From IMG/VR virus record IMGVR_UViG_3300046777_001769, positions 1-52,973 of that record: DNA of 52,973 bases; one strand, written 5' to 3'. This document shows positions 28,565-37,971 of the stretch, one piece after another. The position numbers and the translations under genes are program-made. Under the pieces are notes generated by a model. It saw nothing but the letters and a program-made list of their open reading frames with translations, had not been told where the DNA came from and did not search any database. The stretch is from a virus. Lineage: Duplodnaviria; Caudoviricetes. Each line of letters opens with the position of its first letter. Position 1 is the first letter of the stretch.

Positions 28565-28969
28565 TCATTTGTTCATTTGAAGTGTAGGGACAGGCATACC
28601 ACCTTCGGTAGGAACGTAGATCGTCACGTTACCTTTATTAGATCCTTCTTCCAGACCAGTGATGTAAAGATACTGGAGATACTCACGGTTATCTTTCAGA
28701 CTATCACCGATAATTTGGTTTGCTTTGGCAACACCAGTAGCACGGATGATTTCAGCATCAGCAAGTTGCTGAGCACTATCTTTCTTTGCTTGTGCTTCCA
28801 ACACTGCTACCTGTCGGGTATATTCTGCTTTCTGAAGTTCTGCTTTACCAGCAAGAGATTGTTGCCATACGTTGTATTGAGGACCACCAATAAAGAGGAT
28901 ACCACCAATGAAGAACACACCAGCAATAAAGAGAATAGCAGGAGGGTCAATAAATCCGTTTTGTTTCAT
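28565..28969 (-). CDS. Membrane protein with band-7/SPFH-like coiled coil
   Basis: TM helix, then EAQAK..A...ADAEIIRA.GVAKANQIIG.SL...YLQY. Confidence 0.7.
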   Translation of the reverse strand: MKQNGFIDPPAILFIAGVFFIGGILFIGGPQYNVWQQSLAGKAELQKAEYTRQVAVLEAQAKKDSAQQLADAEIIRATGVAKANQIIGDSLKDNREYLQYLYITGLEEGSNKGNVTIYVPTEGGMPVPTLQMNK

Positions 28970-29169
28970 TTTGTAGATACTCCAGAGTTCTTAAAGATAA
29001 GATTGGCAAGAGCGATGATAGCAAAGTTCTGCCAGAAGGTCAAAGATACATTAAACCAAGACAAAATAAGTCCAAGCAACCATGCCTCAAAGAATAGACT
29101 TACTGTTACAATAATAACAGCACCAAAGACAACACCAAGAGCAGTAGGAATATCAGTAGTAGGTTTCAT
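28966..29169 (-). CDS. Small membrane protein
   Basis: Mostly hydrophobic 67 aa. Confidence 0.7.
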   Translation of the reverse strand: MKPTTDIPTALGVVFGAVIIVTVSLFFEAWLLGLILSWFNVSLTFWQNFAIIALANLIFKNSGVSTK

Positions 29170-29172
29170 AGA

Positions 29173-29583
29173 TCAAACAGCAAGAGCAGCAGAGGGGATT
29201 TCAACTTCTTTTACAAGATCGGGGTGAACATCACCGTGAAGATCATAACACACCCACTCACCATTGGTAAAGAGGTAAGCATATTCTTCACCATTACACA
29301 GATACTCATTCAGGTTAGCATCATGGCGAGGAGGGCAATCTTCACCACGCTGAGAGTAATACTCGGGTCCATAAACACCCTTTACAGCACTATCATCCCA
29401 GCGATCATCAGTCCAGCAGGAACTCATATCGCCACCATCAATCAGTTCTTCAGCAAGAGAACGTGAGTTGTAGTGAGTGTTCAGAATACGACCCAACCAT
29501 TCGGGATAACCATCCCAGTGGTGATACGCAGAAAGAATAGAACCATCTTTGAGTTCAAGACCAATTCGTGCTCGGGTTGCCAT
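29173..29583 (-). CDS. Phage hypothetical protein
   Basis: MATRARIG...YHHWDGYP..LG..L...EEYAYLF motif; follows the repeat at 29598. Confidence 0.85.
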   Translation of the reverse strand: MATRARIGLELKDGSILSAYHHWDGYPEWLGRILNTHYNSRSLAEELIDGGDMSSCWTDDRWDDSAVKGVYGPEYYSQRGEDCPPRHDANLNEYLCNGEEYAYLFTNGEWVCYDLHGDVHPDLVKEVEIPSAALAV

Positions 29584-29893
29584 TTGAGTGTTGTGCTTAC
29601 ATTACTAGAACACTTTGGAGGTGAGCTATTTTAATTCAACCACCCTTTTCTCTCAAACTACGCACAAGATACTCAGTAAACTCTTCCATTTTTTCTGGAA
29701 CTACAGCAGCAGGTCGCTCATTGATTGCATTTTTGAGTGCTGTCATTTCTTTCCATTCTTCATCAGTAAGTTTTTGATGTTTGCCCGATGAAAGAGTCAT
29801 AAATTTGCTCCCGTGATTATGTCCATATCCTAACAGTATTTAAGGGAGATGTGCTGTTTCTTAATATTCTCTTTGGGATTGATTAACAGTTCT

Positions 29894-30127
29894 TTACGAA
29901 TTAAAAAACGTACCAAATCCACCTCTTTCATCTCCAAAACCTTTCATTCTGTCCTCCAATTTATCAAGAAGTTGATCAGTCTTAATTAGAGTATCAATTC
30001 GACAAATCATTTCAGAAATCTCACGCGAAACAAAAGGTTTCTCTTGACGTGCAGAATATGCTAAAGCATTTCGTAGATTTGCTTCTGCCTCCTTCAAACT
30101 TTGTTCTACAGATTCACTCAGGGCCAT
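29894..30127 (-). CDS. Hypothetical protein
   Basis: MALSESVEQSLKEAEANLRNALAYSARQE. Confidence 0.75.
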   Translation of the reverse strand: MALSESVEQSLKEAEANLRNALAYSARQEKPFVSREISEMICRIDTLIKTDQLLDKLEDRMKGFGDERGGFGTFFNS

Positions 30128-30713
30128 TTACTTTCCTCATTTCAAAACTACCATCTCCACGATCAATCCATTCTACAGTATCACCTTCATTAAGTTCAGC
30201 AACTTCAAGCAAATCATCAGGCAATTCAATATAACATTCTCCAGTCAGTCCATCAACTTGAACAGGAAGTTGCCATTTTACAACTTTATCTTCTTTTGTG
30301 TTGCAGTAATCATGAACAAAGACATCACCATCCTCACTTACATAAACTGGAGGACCTTCGACATCTGTTTTAGTCCAGAAATCATCCCAAGCACCTTTAC
30401 ATTCTGGTGATGGATCATCTTTATCACAACTCAACACTCCATTTAGATAATCCTGATATTTGTTACTGTCAATACCACTATTCAAAAGTGCAAGAAGTTC
30501 ATATGCTTCAGATGTTTTCTGTTTATATGTGTAGTAGTTTTCTTTTACCACACCAACAATCACATCATAGATTTCCTTAGGTGTTGCTTCACCTGCAGAC
30601 ATTGCATCGTGCATCCAATTCTCAAGATTTTTAAGAGAATACTTTTTGTAATCAAAGTCAGTCATTTCTTGGTTTGGGTTTAGAACAGTCGTGACAGTAA
30701 TAGGAGAAACCAT
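30114..30713 (-). CDS. Protein with C-terminal AbrB/MazE-like domain (start probably 30666)
   Basis: GECYIELPDDLLEVAELNEGDTVEWIDRGDGSFEMRKV. Confidence 0.65.
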   Translation of the reverse strand: MVSPITVTTVLNPNQEMTDFDYKKYSLKNLENWMHDAMSAGEATPKEIYDVIVGVVKENYYTYKQKTSEAYELLALLNSGIDSNKYQDYLNGVLSCDKDDPSPECKGAWDDFWTKTDVEGPPVYVSEDGDVFVHDYCNTKEDKVVKWQLPVQVDGLTGECYIELPDDLLEVAELNEGDTVEWIDRGDGSFEMRKVNGPE

Positions 30714-30775
30714 CTCGGAAGTATTTTACCACTTGATAGTGGTCTTTGTCAAGTGGTTTTTCCACTCCACATTTA

Positions 30776-30976
30776 TCACAAATCCTTGTCTTTCTTGATG
30801 GACTTTCGGATACGCTTGAGTTCTTTGAGTTCCATCTTAATATTTTTGTAAGCAGTGTCAGCATCAATCTTATCTCCAAGTTCAAGTGCAATGATAATTT
30901 CTACTCTTGTGCCAAAGTGTGCTAATGCGCGTTCGAATGAGTCAAGTTCATACATCTTTTTTACTCCAGTTCTCAA
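30776..30976 (-). CDS. Hypothetical protein
   Basis: MYELDSFERALAHFGTRVEIIIALELGDKI. Confidence 0.7.
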   Translation of the reverse strand: MRTGVKKMYELDSFERALAHFGTRVEIIIALELGDKIDADTAYKNIKMELKELKRIRKSIKKDKDL

Positions 30977-31184
30977 GAGTTAGAATATCTATGCGGGCAT
31001 CAACTGCATCAATAGAATTGGAGAGTTCATAGAAACAATTACTATTTTCCACACTCTCTGCTTCAAGTGCTTCAATGCGCTCTTGCAACTCAATTAGTTT
31101 GGAATAAACATCTTCAGTATTTGGTTTTTCATTAGGAGAAACAAACCACTTAATAAACTTTTTAATCATTATCAAGAAGTCCAA
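30948..31184 (-). CDS. Hypothetical coiled-coil protein
   Basis: 78-aa ORF. Confidence 0.6.
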   Translation of the reverse strand: MDFLIMIKKFIKWFVSPNEKPNTEDVYSKLIELQERIEALEAESVENSNCFYELSNSIDAVDARIDILTLENWSKKDV

Positions 31185-31637
31185 CAGATTTCAAGTAACG
31201 CCTGTATGACATAAAACGCCCCAAAGATGGTTGTCCTGGAGCATTTAGTTGATGACTAATCTCGCAATAACACAGCCACTCGTACCAGGGAGTAGTCTTA
31301 TCAAGAACATGATAAGGATATTCTACAGTAGTTCTTTCCAAAATTCCTCTCCTTTTTGTAATGCTAATACGACAGTTGTATGTTCTCTTGCGTGTCGTTC
31401 GAGGTCTTTATCTTGAAAGCAAATGTTAGACCTTTCTACAGCACAACGAAAGATATTTGCCCAGAACTGTTGATTAGGTGTTAGACGCATTTTCATTCTT
31501 CAGATCTGGATGTGGAGCATACAGAGGACCAGGATAGTTGCCAGCAAAGTTTGTAAGTTCCTTAACTGCTTTTACAGTCTCTTCTGTCTCAACCCATTCC
31601 CACGAGTTTCCATTTTTATCTACAAAATTGCGAATAG

Positions 31638-31847
31638 TCATAGTTTTCCTCCAACTTCTCCTTCATATGTGATTATATCATCACTCCAACCTTCTTGCAA
31701 CCCTTTAAGGTAATATCTTGTAGCCCTGATGCACTCTTCTTCAGTTAGTGATGTGATAATACCTTTTCCATCAGGATAATGTGATTGCCAGGTGCCCCAA
31801 CTTTTTTGCTCAATATAGAAAGCATTTTCATCATAACTTTTTTTCAT
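31638..31847 (-). CDS. Hypothetical protein
   Basis: 69 aa ending YEGEVGGKL. Confidence 0.7.
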   Translation of the reverse strand: MKKSYDENAFYIEQKSWGTWQSHYPDGKGIITSLTEEECIRATRYYLKGLQEGWSDDIITYEGEVGGKL

Positions 31848-31863
31848 ATTTTTTTATAGCAAT

Positions 31864-32592
31864 TTAGTTAATTCTAATTCGTAAAGAGGTATCAATACCT
31901 CTATAATTTTGGTAGTTTGATAATCCACCTGGAGTTGATATATGTCCAGTCACAAGACATTTCCATCTTTGTGCCGCAACTTTTTTACCTGCTTTTTTTG
32001 AGACCTCTTTTCTTTCTTCTTCAGTTAAAGAAAAACAACCTTTTTTTAAAAGATACGATTTTTCTCCACCTTTTCTTCCAACTTCACTTTTCTGCTCCGC
32101 ATTATATGCGAATATACCTTTTCTCTTTTCAATATTTTCTCTTAATGTTTTTTTGCCCAACTGTTGAATATGTCCCGTTTCCACATTTACAATTCCACCC
32201 ATTTTTCCAAATTTACTTCTTTGTTCGGATGTGAGTGAAAATATTCCTGTATTATTTTCACGGTGTTTTTTTCCAGTAACACTACCTCCAATTTTTCCCG
32301 CTTTACTACAAGTATCTAATGAAAAAAATCCGCCACAATTTGCGTTTAAACACCATTTATCAGTATTATAAACTGGTTTTATCAATCTTCTCTCAATTTT
32401 AGAAGCATCCTCACGACTACTAAAAGTTTCTAATATCTGTTTCTTTGGCGTATAGAGTTCCCAACACCATTTGTTTGTTATAGGAGAACCCCAATATTCC
32501 TCATCATACACTTTTTCTTCGTGTATTCCATAATAGTAATAAGGAACCTCTTCAAAGGTAATTTTATATGTGTATATTCTTGGAGAATACAT
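31864..32592 (-). CDS. GIY-YIG-like (Seg-type) homing endonuclease
   Basis: IYTYKITF....YYYGIH......YWGS, E.RLI, LN; repeated G.KGG modules in the C-terminal half. Confidence 0.75.
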   Translation of the reverse strand: MYSPRIYTYKITFEEVPYYYYGIHEEKVYDEEYWGSPITNKWCWELYTPKKQILETFSSREDASKIERRLIKPVYNTDKWCLNANCGGFFSLDTCSKAGKIGGSVTGKKHRENNTGIFSLTSEQRSKFGKMGGIVNVETGHIQQLGKKTLRENIEKRKGIFAYNAEQKSEVGRKGGEKSYLLKKGCFSLTEEERKEVSKKAGKKVAAQRWKCLVTGHISTPGGLSNYQNYRGIDTSLRIRIN

Positions 32593-32631
32593 AACTCTGC
32601 TCTTTAGTTGACTGCATTAATATTTATAATG

Positions 32632-32688
32632 CAAAGGAGAGGATTTCTCCTCTCCAACCTGTAGAGATTGCAGTCAACTTCAGGCATC
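32632..32688 (-). ncRNA. Candidate ~55-nt small RNA antisense to the nuclease leader (copy 1)
   Basis: AATAAATA (32691-32698), CCTG-AAGTTGACTGCAATCTCTA-CAGG, hairpin GGAGAGGA-GAAA-TCCTCTCC-TTT, then TATAAATA (32621-32628). Confidence 0.55.
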
Positions 32689-32981
32689 ATTATTTATTCA
32701 TAATGACTTAGTTGCCTCCGCAATTCTACTTTTGTGCTGATCAAATTTCTATATAAAAATTTTTGATACTCATTACCTTCCAAGAGTTTTGTAAGATTAT
32801 CAATCTGCATTAGAGCAAGAATGAGTTTTGTTTTATTATCCATTGCTATTCAATTTTTGAATATATTCATCAATTGCGTTAATAAAGTCTTCTTCGGTCC
32901 AGTCGTTGAAAATACTTTCCTCAGGAGAATTCTCATCCCAGGAGATAGTGAGCGATCCGTCTTCATTTTCAGTTACCTGTA

Positions 32982-33299
32982 TCATTTTTTAGACTTTGTA
33001 GAGCGAGCAGTGTTTCTAGTGGAATCCACGCTGGGTTTTCTTTTGCGAACTGCACTTGTACTTCCGTCACTTTTTGGTTTAGGTTTTTGTTCCACACTTC
33101 TCGTGTGTTTTTTACTGGGCTCAGGGGGTTTTCCATCACGATAATCAATTTTAAGAGTTCTCTTATCCAGTTTATACCTTTCTAGATATTTGTCAAGGTG
33201 TTCCTGACACTCAAACCAACAGACTGTACTGTTTTTCTTTTCACCAAACTCAAGTCTATATCCAAACTTTTCATATGGAAATAGTTCAGTAGAAATCAT
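32982..33299 (-). CDS. Hypothetical protein
   Basis: FPYEKFGYRLE...CWFECQEHLDKYLERYKL. Confidence 0.7.
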   Translation of the reverse strand: MISTELFPYEKFGYRLEFGEKKNSTVCWFECQEHLDKYLERYKLDKRTLKIDYRDGKPPEPSKKHTRSVEQKPKPKSDGSTSAVRKRKPSVDSTRNTARSTKSKK

Positions 33300-33682
33300 C
33301 GCGTTATGTGTTCAAAATCTTGTACTTTTCCGTGCTTAAAATGTATCATACATCTAGGCCAATCTTCCCACTCCCCATCCCAAGTTGCTGGATAAACTTC
33401 CACATAATCAGTCACATAGCAGGGTTCTACCTTACCATGTTTTCCTGTTGGTATCCACTCAAAGTTAAAAATTTTTCTTTTTGGGTCTGTTTCATAACGC
33501 TCATCATCCTCTTTGATATCTTCAAAAGTATGAGTTTCTCTATGAGTGATTTCATACAAGCATCCATCAGGTGCAATCCAATAACTACACATTGCACAAG
33601 CAAGTCCTTTAGTTTGCATTGGTACATTAGTGAATTGTTCTCCCAAATCATAAGAAGAACGAATGTCGTCATATAGTCCCAT
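33296..33682 (-). CDS. Phage hypothetical protein
   Basis: MGLYDDI...QTKGL...YWI.PDG.L...F.HGK. Confidence 0.75.
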   Translation of the reverse strand: MGLYDDIRSSYDLGEQFTNVPMQTKGLACAMCSYWIAPDGCLYEITHRETHTFEDIKEDDERYETDPKRKIFNFEWIPTGKHGKVEPCYVTDYVEVYPATWDGEWEDWPRCMIHFKHGKVQDFEHITR

Positions 33683-33823
33683 TATTTTTCTCCAAGTTTA
33701 ACAGGAAACTCTTCATCACTCAAATCATCATGCAGTAATTTAGCAAAGATTTCATATGCGGGTTGCCTTGTTTCAATCGCAGAAGATGTGGCAACAGTCC
33801 ACATAATCCTCAACTGAAACTTA

Positions 33824-34177
33824 TCAGGTAAGGTCTTCATCAGGTAACCTCTCATTCAAATCTACTTCAATATCACCAACAAGGTCATCAAGTTTATCAA
33901 TCATATCTTGCGTGAATGGAACTGTTTCCACTTTACCACTCATCACATCATCAGCAAGTTTTCGTATGTGTTCAAGAAAACCTTTATCTAAGGTATCATC
34001 ATAACACAGTGACCCCCAGAACCATTCATAACATTCTTCATAAGGGTCATCATACCACATAAGAGCATAATCCTTATAGTTTCCAGTCATCAAGTCCCGC
34101 CAGATGCGAAAATTACCTCCGATTGTTTGGAACCAGGATGGAATTAAATATGTGAAAATGTATTCAAGCCAAGTCAT
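33824..34177 (-). CDS. Hypothetical protein
   Basis: 117-aa ORF in a tightly packed run. Confidence 0.7.
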   Translation of the reverse strand: MTWLEYIFTYLIPSWFQTIGGNFRIWRDLMTGNYKDYALMWYDDPYEECYEWFWGSLCYDDTLDKGFLEHIRKLADDVMSGKVETVPFTQDMIDKLDDLVGDIEVDLNERLPDEDLT

Positions 34178-34359
34178 TAGAGGTAATGCGGTTTTTCTGA
34201 ATCAAAAACATACCACTTTGCGTCTTTCATATCAAGACACATTCGTACAGTTTCGTGCTCTCTGTGTTCTCTATCTGTGCCTTTGTATAAGGTTCGTCTT
34301 TGGTAAGCATTACACCAGACATTATAGTAGATTTTAGATTTCTCGTTCATTTGGGACAA
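34177..34359 (-). CDS. Hypothetical protein
   Basis: 60 aa, coupled to neighbours. Confidence 0.6.
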   Translation of the reverse strand: MSQMNEKSKIYYNVWCNAYQRRTLYKGTDREHREHETVRMCLDMKDAKWYVFDSEKPHYL

Positions 34360-34610
34360 TATAGGAAGTATTTGTATTCAGCAAGTGTTCCATAATGCCA
34401 CTGAATTATATCACAGTCTTTATAGGTTCCAACCACCTTAGTATCCTGTTTAGTGTCCTGTTTAGTATCTGGCACACTATCTCCCCATGAGATGAAAGAT
34501 ATGATAAGAATTATAATACCAACAGTAGAAATGATAAATGCAAATCCACGCATAAACTCTCTAAGTGCTTTTTTATCATCTTCAATCATTTTCTGTCCCC
34601 CAAAGTTCAT
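34347..34610 (-). CDS. Membrane protein
   Basis: TM helix; DTKQ tandem repeat. Confidence 0.65.
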   Translation of the reverse strand: MNFGGQKMIEDDKKALREFMRGFAFIISTVGIIILIISFISWGDSVPDTKQDTKQDTKVVGTYKDCDIIQWHYGTLAEYKYFLYCPK

Positions 34611-34947
34611 CCCAAGGTGCTGGTTTATTCATAATTTCCCTAAGCCTTTCTACTTTCTTAGGGTCTGGTGGATTATTGATTGCTTCCATCAGAGTATTAT
34701 ATGCTTCTTCTGAAACATAAATGACTGGTGGTTTTTGGTCTAACCTCAATTTTCGTTCGGGTGAAATAGTGATGTTGTAAGCATCATCATAAGGATAGAT
34801 ATATTCCATATACCATCCTAGGGATAAACCTTCCCAAAACTCATCGTATCCCCATTCATCACCATCATTATAACAATCCAGACAGTTCCAGAAGTTATGG
34901 AAACCATCAAGAAAAAGTTCAAGTTTTGTTGGATTTTCAAACCTCAT
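34582..34947 (-). CDS. Hypothetical protein
   Basis: 121 aa; ATGA overlap. Confidence 0.7.
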   Translation of the reverse strand: MRFENPTKLELFLDGFHNFWNCLDCYNDGDEWGYDEFWEGLSLGWYMEYIYPYDDAYNITISPERKLRLDQKPPVIYVSEEAYNTLMEAINNPPDPKKVERLREIMNKPAPWDELWGTEND

Positions 34948-35129
34948 GGTGTCTCATCGCTCCAATAATAACGTAGTTTATCGCCATCAGCAGAAATGTT
35001 CAGGTGATAGATTTTATCATCTTCGGTATACACACCAATCCAAAGTGTGCGTTCATTCATACTTTCCAGGTGAAACATTTGAATGTCTTGAAGCACAATC
35101 TCATCAGGGTTTTCAGTAAATCTACTCAT
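34944..35129 (-). CDS. Hypothetical protein
   Basis: 61 aa, FHLESM....WIG. Confidence 0.65.
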   Translation of the reverse strand: MSRFTENPDEIVLQDIQMFHLESMNERTLWIGVYTEDDKIYHLNISADGDKLRYYWSDETP

Positions 35130-35274
35130 TCTGCATCCTCATAAGCTTCCTGAACCATCTCTGCGATTTCCATTATTTCTGCCTTAAATTTTGGTGTTGA
35201 TGTCTTTGAGACCTCATCATAGAACAGAGTAAGGGCAGTCGTCAATAGAACCAGTTGGCGTTTTGTGAAGTCCA

Positions 35275-36114
35275 TTATGAGAAGTTATAGTGAACACGAG
35301 TGTAGAAATCTTTGAAACAACTCTTATTGAGGAGCTTCATCATCGCTGGAGGAATGTAGTATGAATATTCACTGAAGAAGTCTTCTTTACTGAGAAATCT
35401 GAGACCATGAAGATACCAAGTACCAAACTGCTCGTGGAATGCTCTCACAGCACGATATTGTTTAGAGTTAACAGGCACATACTTATTCTCGCCACTAAAG
35501 TCATCACCATATGGAGTTGCTTGTGTCATCATAACACACACAGTTTGACCTTCACCAGTGCCGAAGTATTCGGAAACCATATACACCCAGTGTTCATCTA
35601 CTGGAAATACATCACGATGATACTTCTGCTCATATTCTTTCATACAAGCATCAGCAACCAGTTGAAAGTTTTCTTTCTTCTTTGCTTGTAGTTCTTCAAT
35701 CAGTTCTTCATGTTCAATCTTACGAAGTTCTTTAAGATCATCGGAATACTTGTCGATACCAGCAATAGCAGTTTGAATTGCTTGTAAATTCATTTTTTCA
35801 AGTAGTTCCTCTCTTTCAATCGCAGCAAGTTCTTTTAGAGCATCACCATTTTCAGCATAGAGTTTTTCTACTGCTTCCCATGCTTTGTTCACTGCCTCTC
35901 TTTTTTCAGCAATTTCCAACATTTCTTCGTGCGTAAGATTTTCAAGAACAAGGTCTTTTGCAGCATCTTCCATTTTTTTCATATCCTGTTTGTAGATAAG
36001 TTCTTTCAACCTCTGTTTACCATATTCCGTTAATTCGTGTTTTTTGTTGCGGAGTTCTTCTACTTCCTCTTGTGTGAGATTGACCCACGGCATATCTTCA
36101 TTCATCGTTCCCAA
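35275..36114 (-). CDS. Hypothetical protein with coiled-coil N-terminal half
   Basis: 279-aa ORF. Confidence 0.75.
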   Translation of the reverse strand: MGTMNEDMPWVNLTQEEVEELRNKKHELTEYGKQRLKELIYKQDMKKMEDAAKDLVLENLTHEEMLEIAEKREAVNKAWEAVEKLYAENGDALKELAAIEREELLEKMNLQAIQTAIAGIDKYSDDLKELRKIEHEELIEELQAKKKENFQLVADACMKEYEQKYHRDVFPVDEHWVYMVSEYFGTGEGQTVCVMMTQATPYGDDFSGENKYVPVNSKQYRAVRAFHEQFGTWYLHGLRFLSKEDFFSEYSYYIPPAMMKLLNKSCFKDFYTRVHYNFS

Positions 36115-36284
36115 GCATAAGATTTTAGAAATTCATTATCTCTTTCAAGTGTTTCAATTTTATCATACAAATCATCAATAATTTCAATCAAGGCATCATA
36201 ATCAATCGTTTCAATTGTTCTACCATCCTCCATATCCTCATAGTAGGAATATTGGAGTTGTTGTTTTAAGTTTCGTTTAGTCAT
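36102..36284 (-). CDS. Hypothetical protein
   Basis: 60 aa; ATGA overlap. Confidence 0.6.
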   Translation of the reverse strand: MTKRNLKQQLQYSYYEDMEDGRTIETIDYDALIEIIDDLYDKIETLERDNEFLKSYAWER

Positions 36285-37006
36285 CGTTTGTTCCTCAATT
36301 TAGATTTGATTTTGGTGAGGCAGTCATTATAACCATCCACAAGGTCAATTACAGAAACATTCTGGGTTCCTTCGTGTGATTGCTCACGAGGAAGCCAAAG
36401 TTGTATCTGGTCTATAAGGTCATCAATCGCAGTTTTCATATCCCAATCTTCTCTTGTTGTGAATACATCACACCACCAACGAGTAATGAGTTCTTCCAGA
36501 GTTTTACCCATTTCAAACTTCAAAAAGTCTGGTGGATTTTCCTCCCACTTCTTCAGCATTTTATTCACAACTTCATCAGTGATACGATAAGGAGGATTAT
36601 CTTTCTCATCCCACTCTACTTCATCATACTCGGGAGGGTCATCAACTGGAACTGCTTTTGGTTGTGTTGATTGATAACCACGAAGAAAAGCATCCCACTT
36701 TGCATTTTCACTTGAAGTACTACCTGAAGGATATTCCCCATAACATCTTTTGTATGCTTCCTCTGCTGGTGATTTTTGTTTAGGATAAGCATCTTTGAGT
36801 TTATCAAAAAACTCTTTTGTTTCTTCACAATATTCAACATACTTATCAAGCATGTGAAATTCGTCAAGTGTGAGTTCAAGTGTGAATTTTTCAGTCATTT
36901 TAATTTCAAGTTGAGTTTCAGGACATTTGGTTCCAAGAGTTGGAGGAGTTGGAGGAGAAATACGAAATGTTTCCTCACCATTTTTGTAGTAGATTATATC
37001 ACTCAT
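36281..37006 (-). CDS. Hypothetical protein
   Basis: 241-aa ORF. Confidence 0.75.
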   Translation of the reverse strand: MSDIIYYKNGEETFRISPPTPPTLGTKCPETQLEIKMTEKFTLELTLDEFHMLDKYVEYCEETKEFFDKLKDAYPKQKSPAEEAYKRCYGEYPSGSTSSENAKWDAFLRGYQSTQPKAVPVDDPPEYDEVEWDEKDNPPYRITDEVVNKMLKKWEENPPDFLKFEMGKTLEELITRWWCDVFTTREDWDMKTAIDDLIDQIQLWLPREQSHEGTQNVSVIDLVDGYNDCLTKIKSKLRNKR

Positions 37007-37250
37007 TATCAGTAAGTCCTACTTCCTCTTCCAGTTTAGCATAGTTTGCCGCTTCCCAACCAGCCACAAAAGATGCGTGTATCCAACCATATAGAACATC
37101 TTCACGGGTCTTTTCGTCTTCTACTTTACAGTCCCCATAAAACCATTCTGAACGAAAAGTATAAGGACTATAAAAGTCATTAAACCACTTTACAAAAGCA
37201 TCCTCTGCTTCATCGTGAAAGTTCCAGTTGTTGGTTGGATGTTTAGTCAT
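36999..37250 (-). CDS. Hypothetical protein
   Basis: MTKHPTNNWNF portion of ORF-track 36999-37340. Confidence 0.6.
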   Translation of the reverse strand: MTKHPTNNWNFHDEAEDAFVKWFNDFYSPYTFRSEWFYGDCKVEDEKTREDVLYGWIHASFVAGWEAANYAKLEEEVGLTDNE

Positions 37251-37425
37251 AAGGTTGCTGTGGGTCTTTCTTCCAGATATCAGTATAGCACAACCATCGC
37301 TCTTCGTGTGGCGACATTTCTGCTGTCCAATGATATCCATTCATATCAATCGCATCAAGATAATGAATGCGTGTCTTTGGGTCAATCACTCGTGTGATAC
37401 TTTTGAATTTTACTCGTTCAGTCAT
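37243..37425 (-). CDS. Hypothetical protein
   Basis: 60 aa; overlapping start and stop. Confidence 0.65.
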   Translation of the reverse strand: MTERVKFKSITRVIDPKTRIHYLDAIDMNGYHWTAEMSPHEERWLCYTDIWKKDPQQPYD

Positions 37426-37645
37426 TTTCTTTCATACAAGGGTATTCAAACTTTTCACCAATACATTCTAACATAGTGCGGGCAAAGGTAATCTCACCAT
37501 AAGCACAACCATCTTCAAAGGCATCATCATAACTACCAGCACTTGGAGTATAATCATCTCCAAATAGACCTTCATAGCAGTGTTTTACCTCTGCTACTTC
37601 TTTGAGAACCTTGAGGAGAAGTGTGAGTTTTTCTTCGTTAGTCAT
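37418..37645 (-). CDS. Hypothetical protein
   Basis: 75 aa. Confidence 0.65.
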   Translation of the reverse strand: MTNEEKLTLLLKVLKEVAEVKHCYEGLFGDDYTPSAGSYDDAFEDGCAYGEITFARTMLECIGEKFEYPCMKEND

Positions 37646-37971
37646 TTTACTCCAAGTTGTTTGAGTTCGTCTTCAGTTAGATTAGCAAGGTCTTTCTTGA
37701 GTTGTTGAAGTTTTCGTTCCTTTGCTTTTGCTTTCTCTTCCTTTTCTTTCTCCAGTTGTTTTACTCGTTTATTATACTCTTTGTCGTTTTCTTCCCGATG
37801 CTTGTAGAGATAATACTCTACAACACCATCATAATCAACATATTCAATATCAATACCTTCCCAACCAGCATCTAATTCTGCTTGAAGTGAAGAAATAATA
37901 CTTTCAAGAGTTCCTTCAAAATTTTCCCAATACCTTTGAGTTTCTTTGACTTGAATTCGTTTGATAGTCAT
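37642..37971 (-). CDS. Hypothetical protein
   Basis: 109 aa, charged C-terminus. Confidence 0.7.
   Translation of the reverse strand: MTIKRIQVKETQRYWENFEGTLESIISSLQAELDAGWEGIDIEYVDYDGVVEYYLYKHREENDKEYNKRVKQLEKEKEEKAKAKERKLQQLKKDLANLTEDELKQLGVK

Larger units (their letters stand above)
12789..29634 (-). repeat. Dispersed array of 16 copies of a 37-bp intergenic direct repeat (minus strand TTAAAATAGCTCACCTCCAAAGTGTCCTAGTAGTATG)
   Basis: Copies start at about 12789, 14691, 14935, 15460, 15952, 16362, 17228, 18185, 19166, 20121, 20740, 22184, 23749, 24232, 25555, 29598. Six are exact (14935, 15460, 15952, 17228, 18185, 19166); three carry the variant end TTAAAGTTACTC (16362, 23749, 24232). All in one orientation. 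Confidence 0.97.

Noticed and set aside
28577-29227. 216-aa plus-strand ORF
   Set aside because: Antisense to well-formed minus-strand genes; no recognisable motifs.
12789-29634. CRISPR array (the repeat is CRISPR-sized at 37 bp)
   Set aside because: Intervals are 0.2-4 kb, irregular and contain intact genes; no cas genes seen.
34437-34469. 12-bp tandem repeat (DTKQ)
   Set aside because: Short in-frame coding duplication with no further signal.
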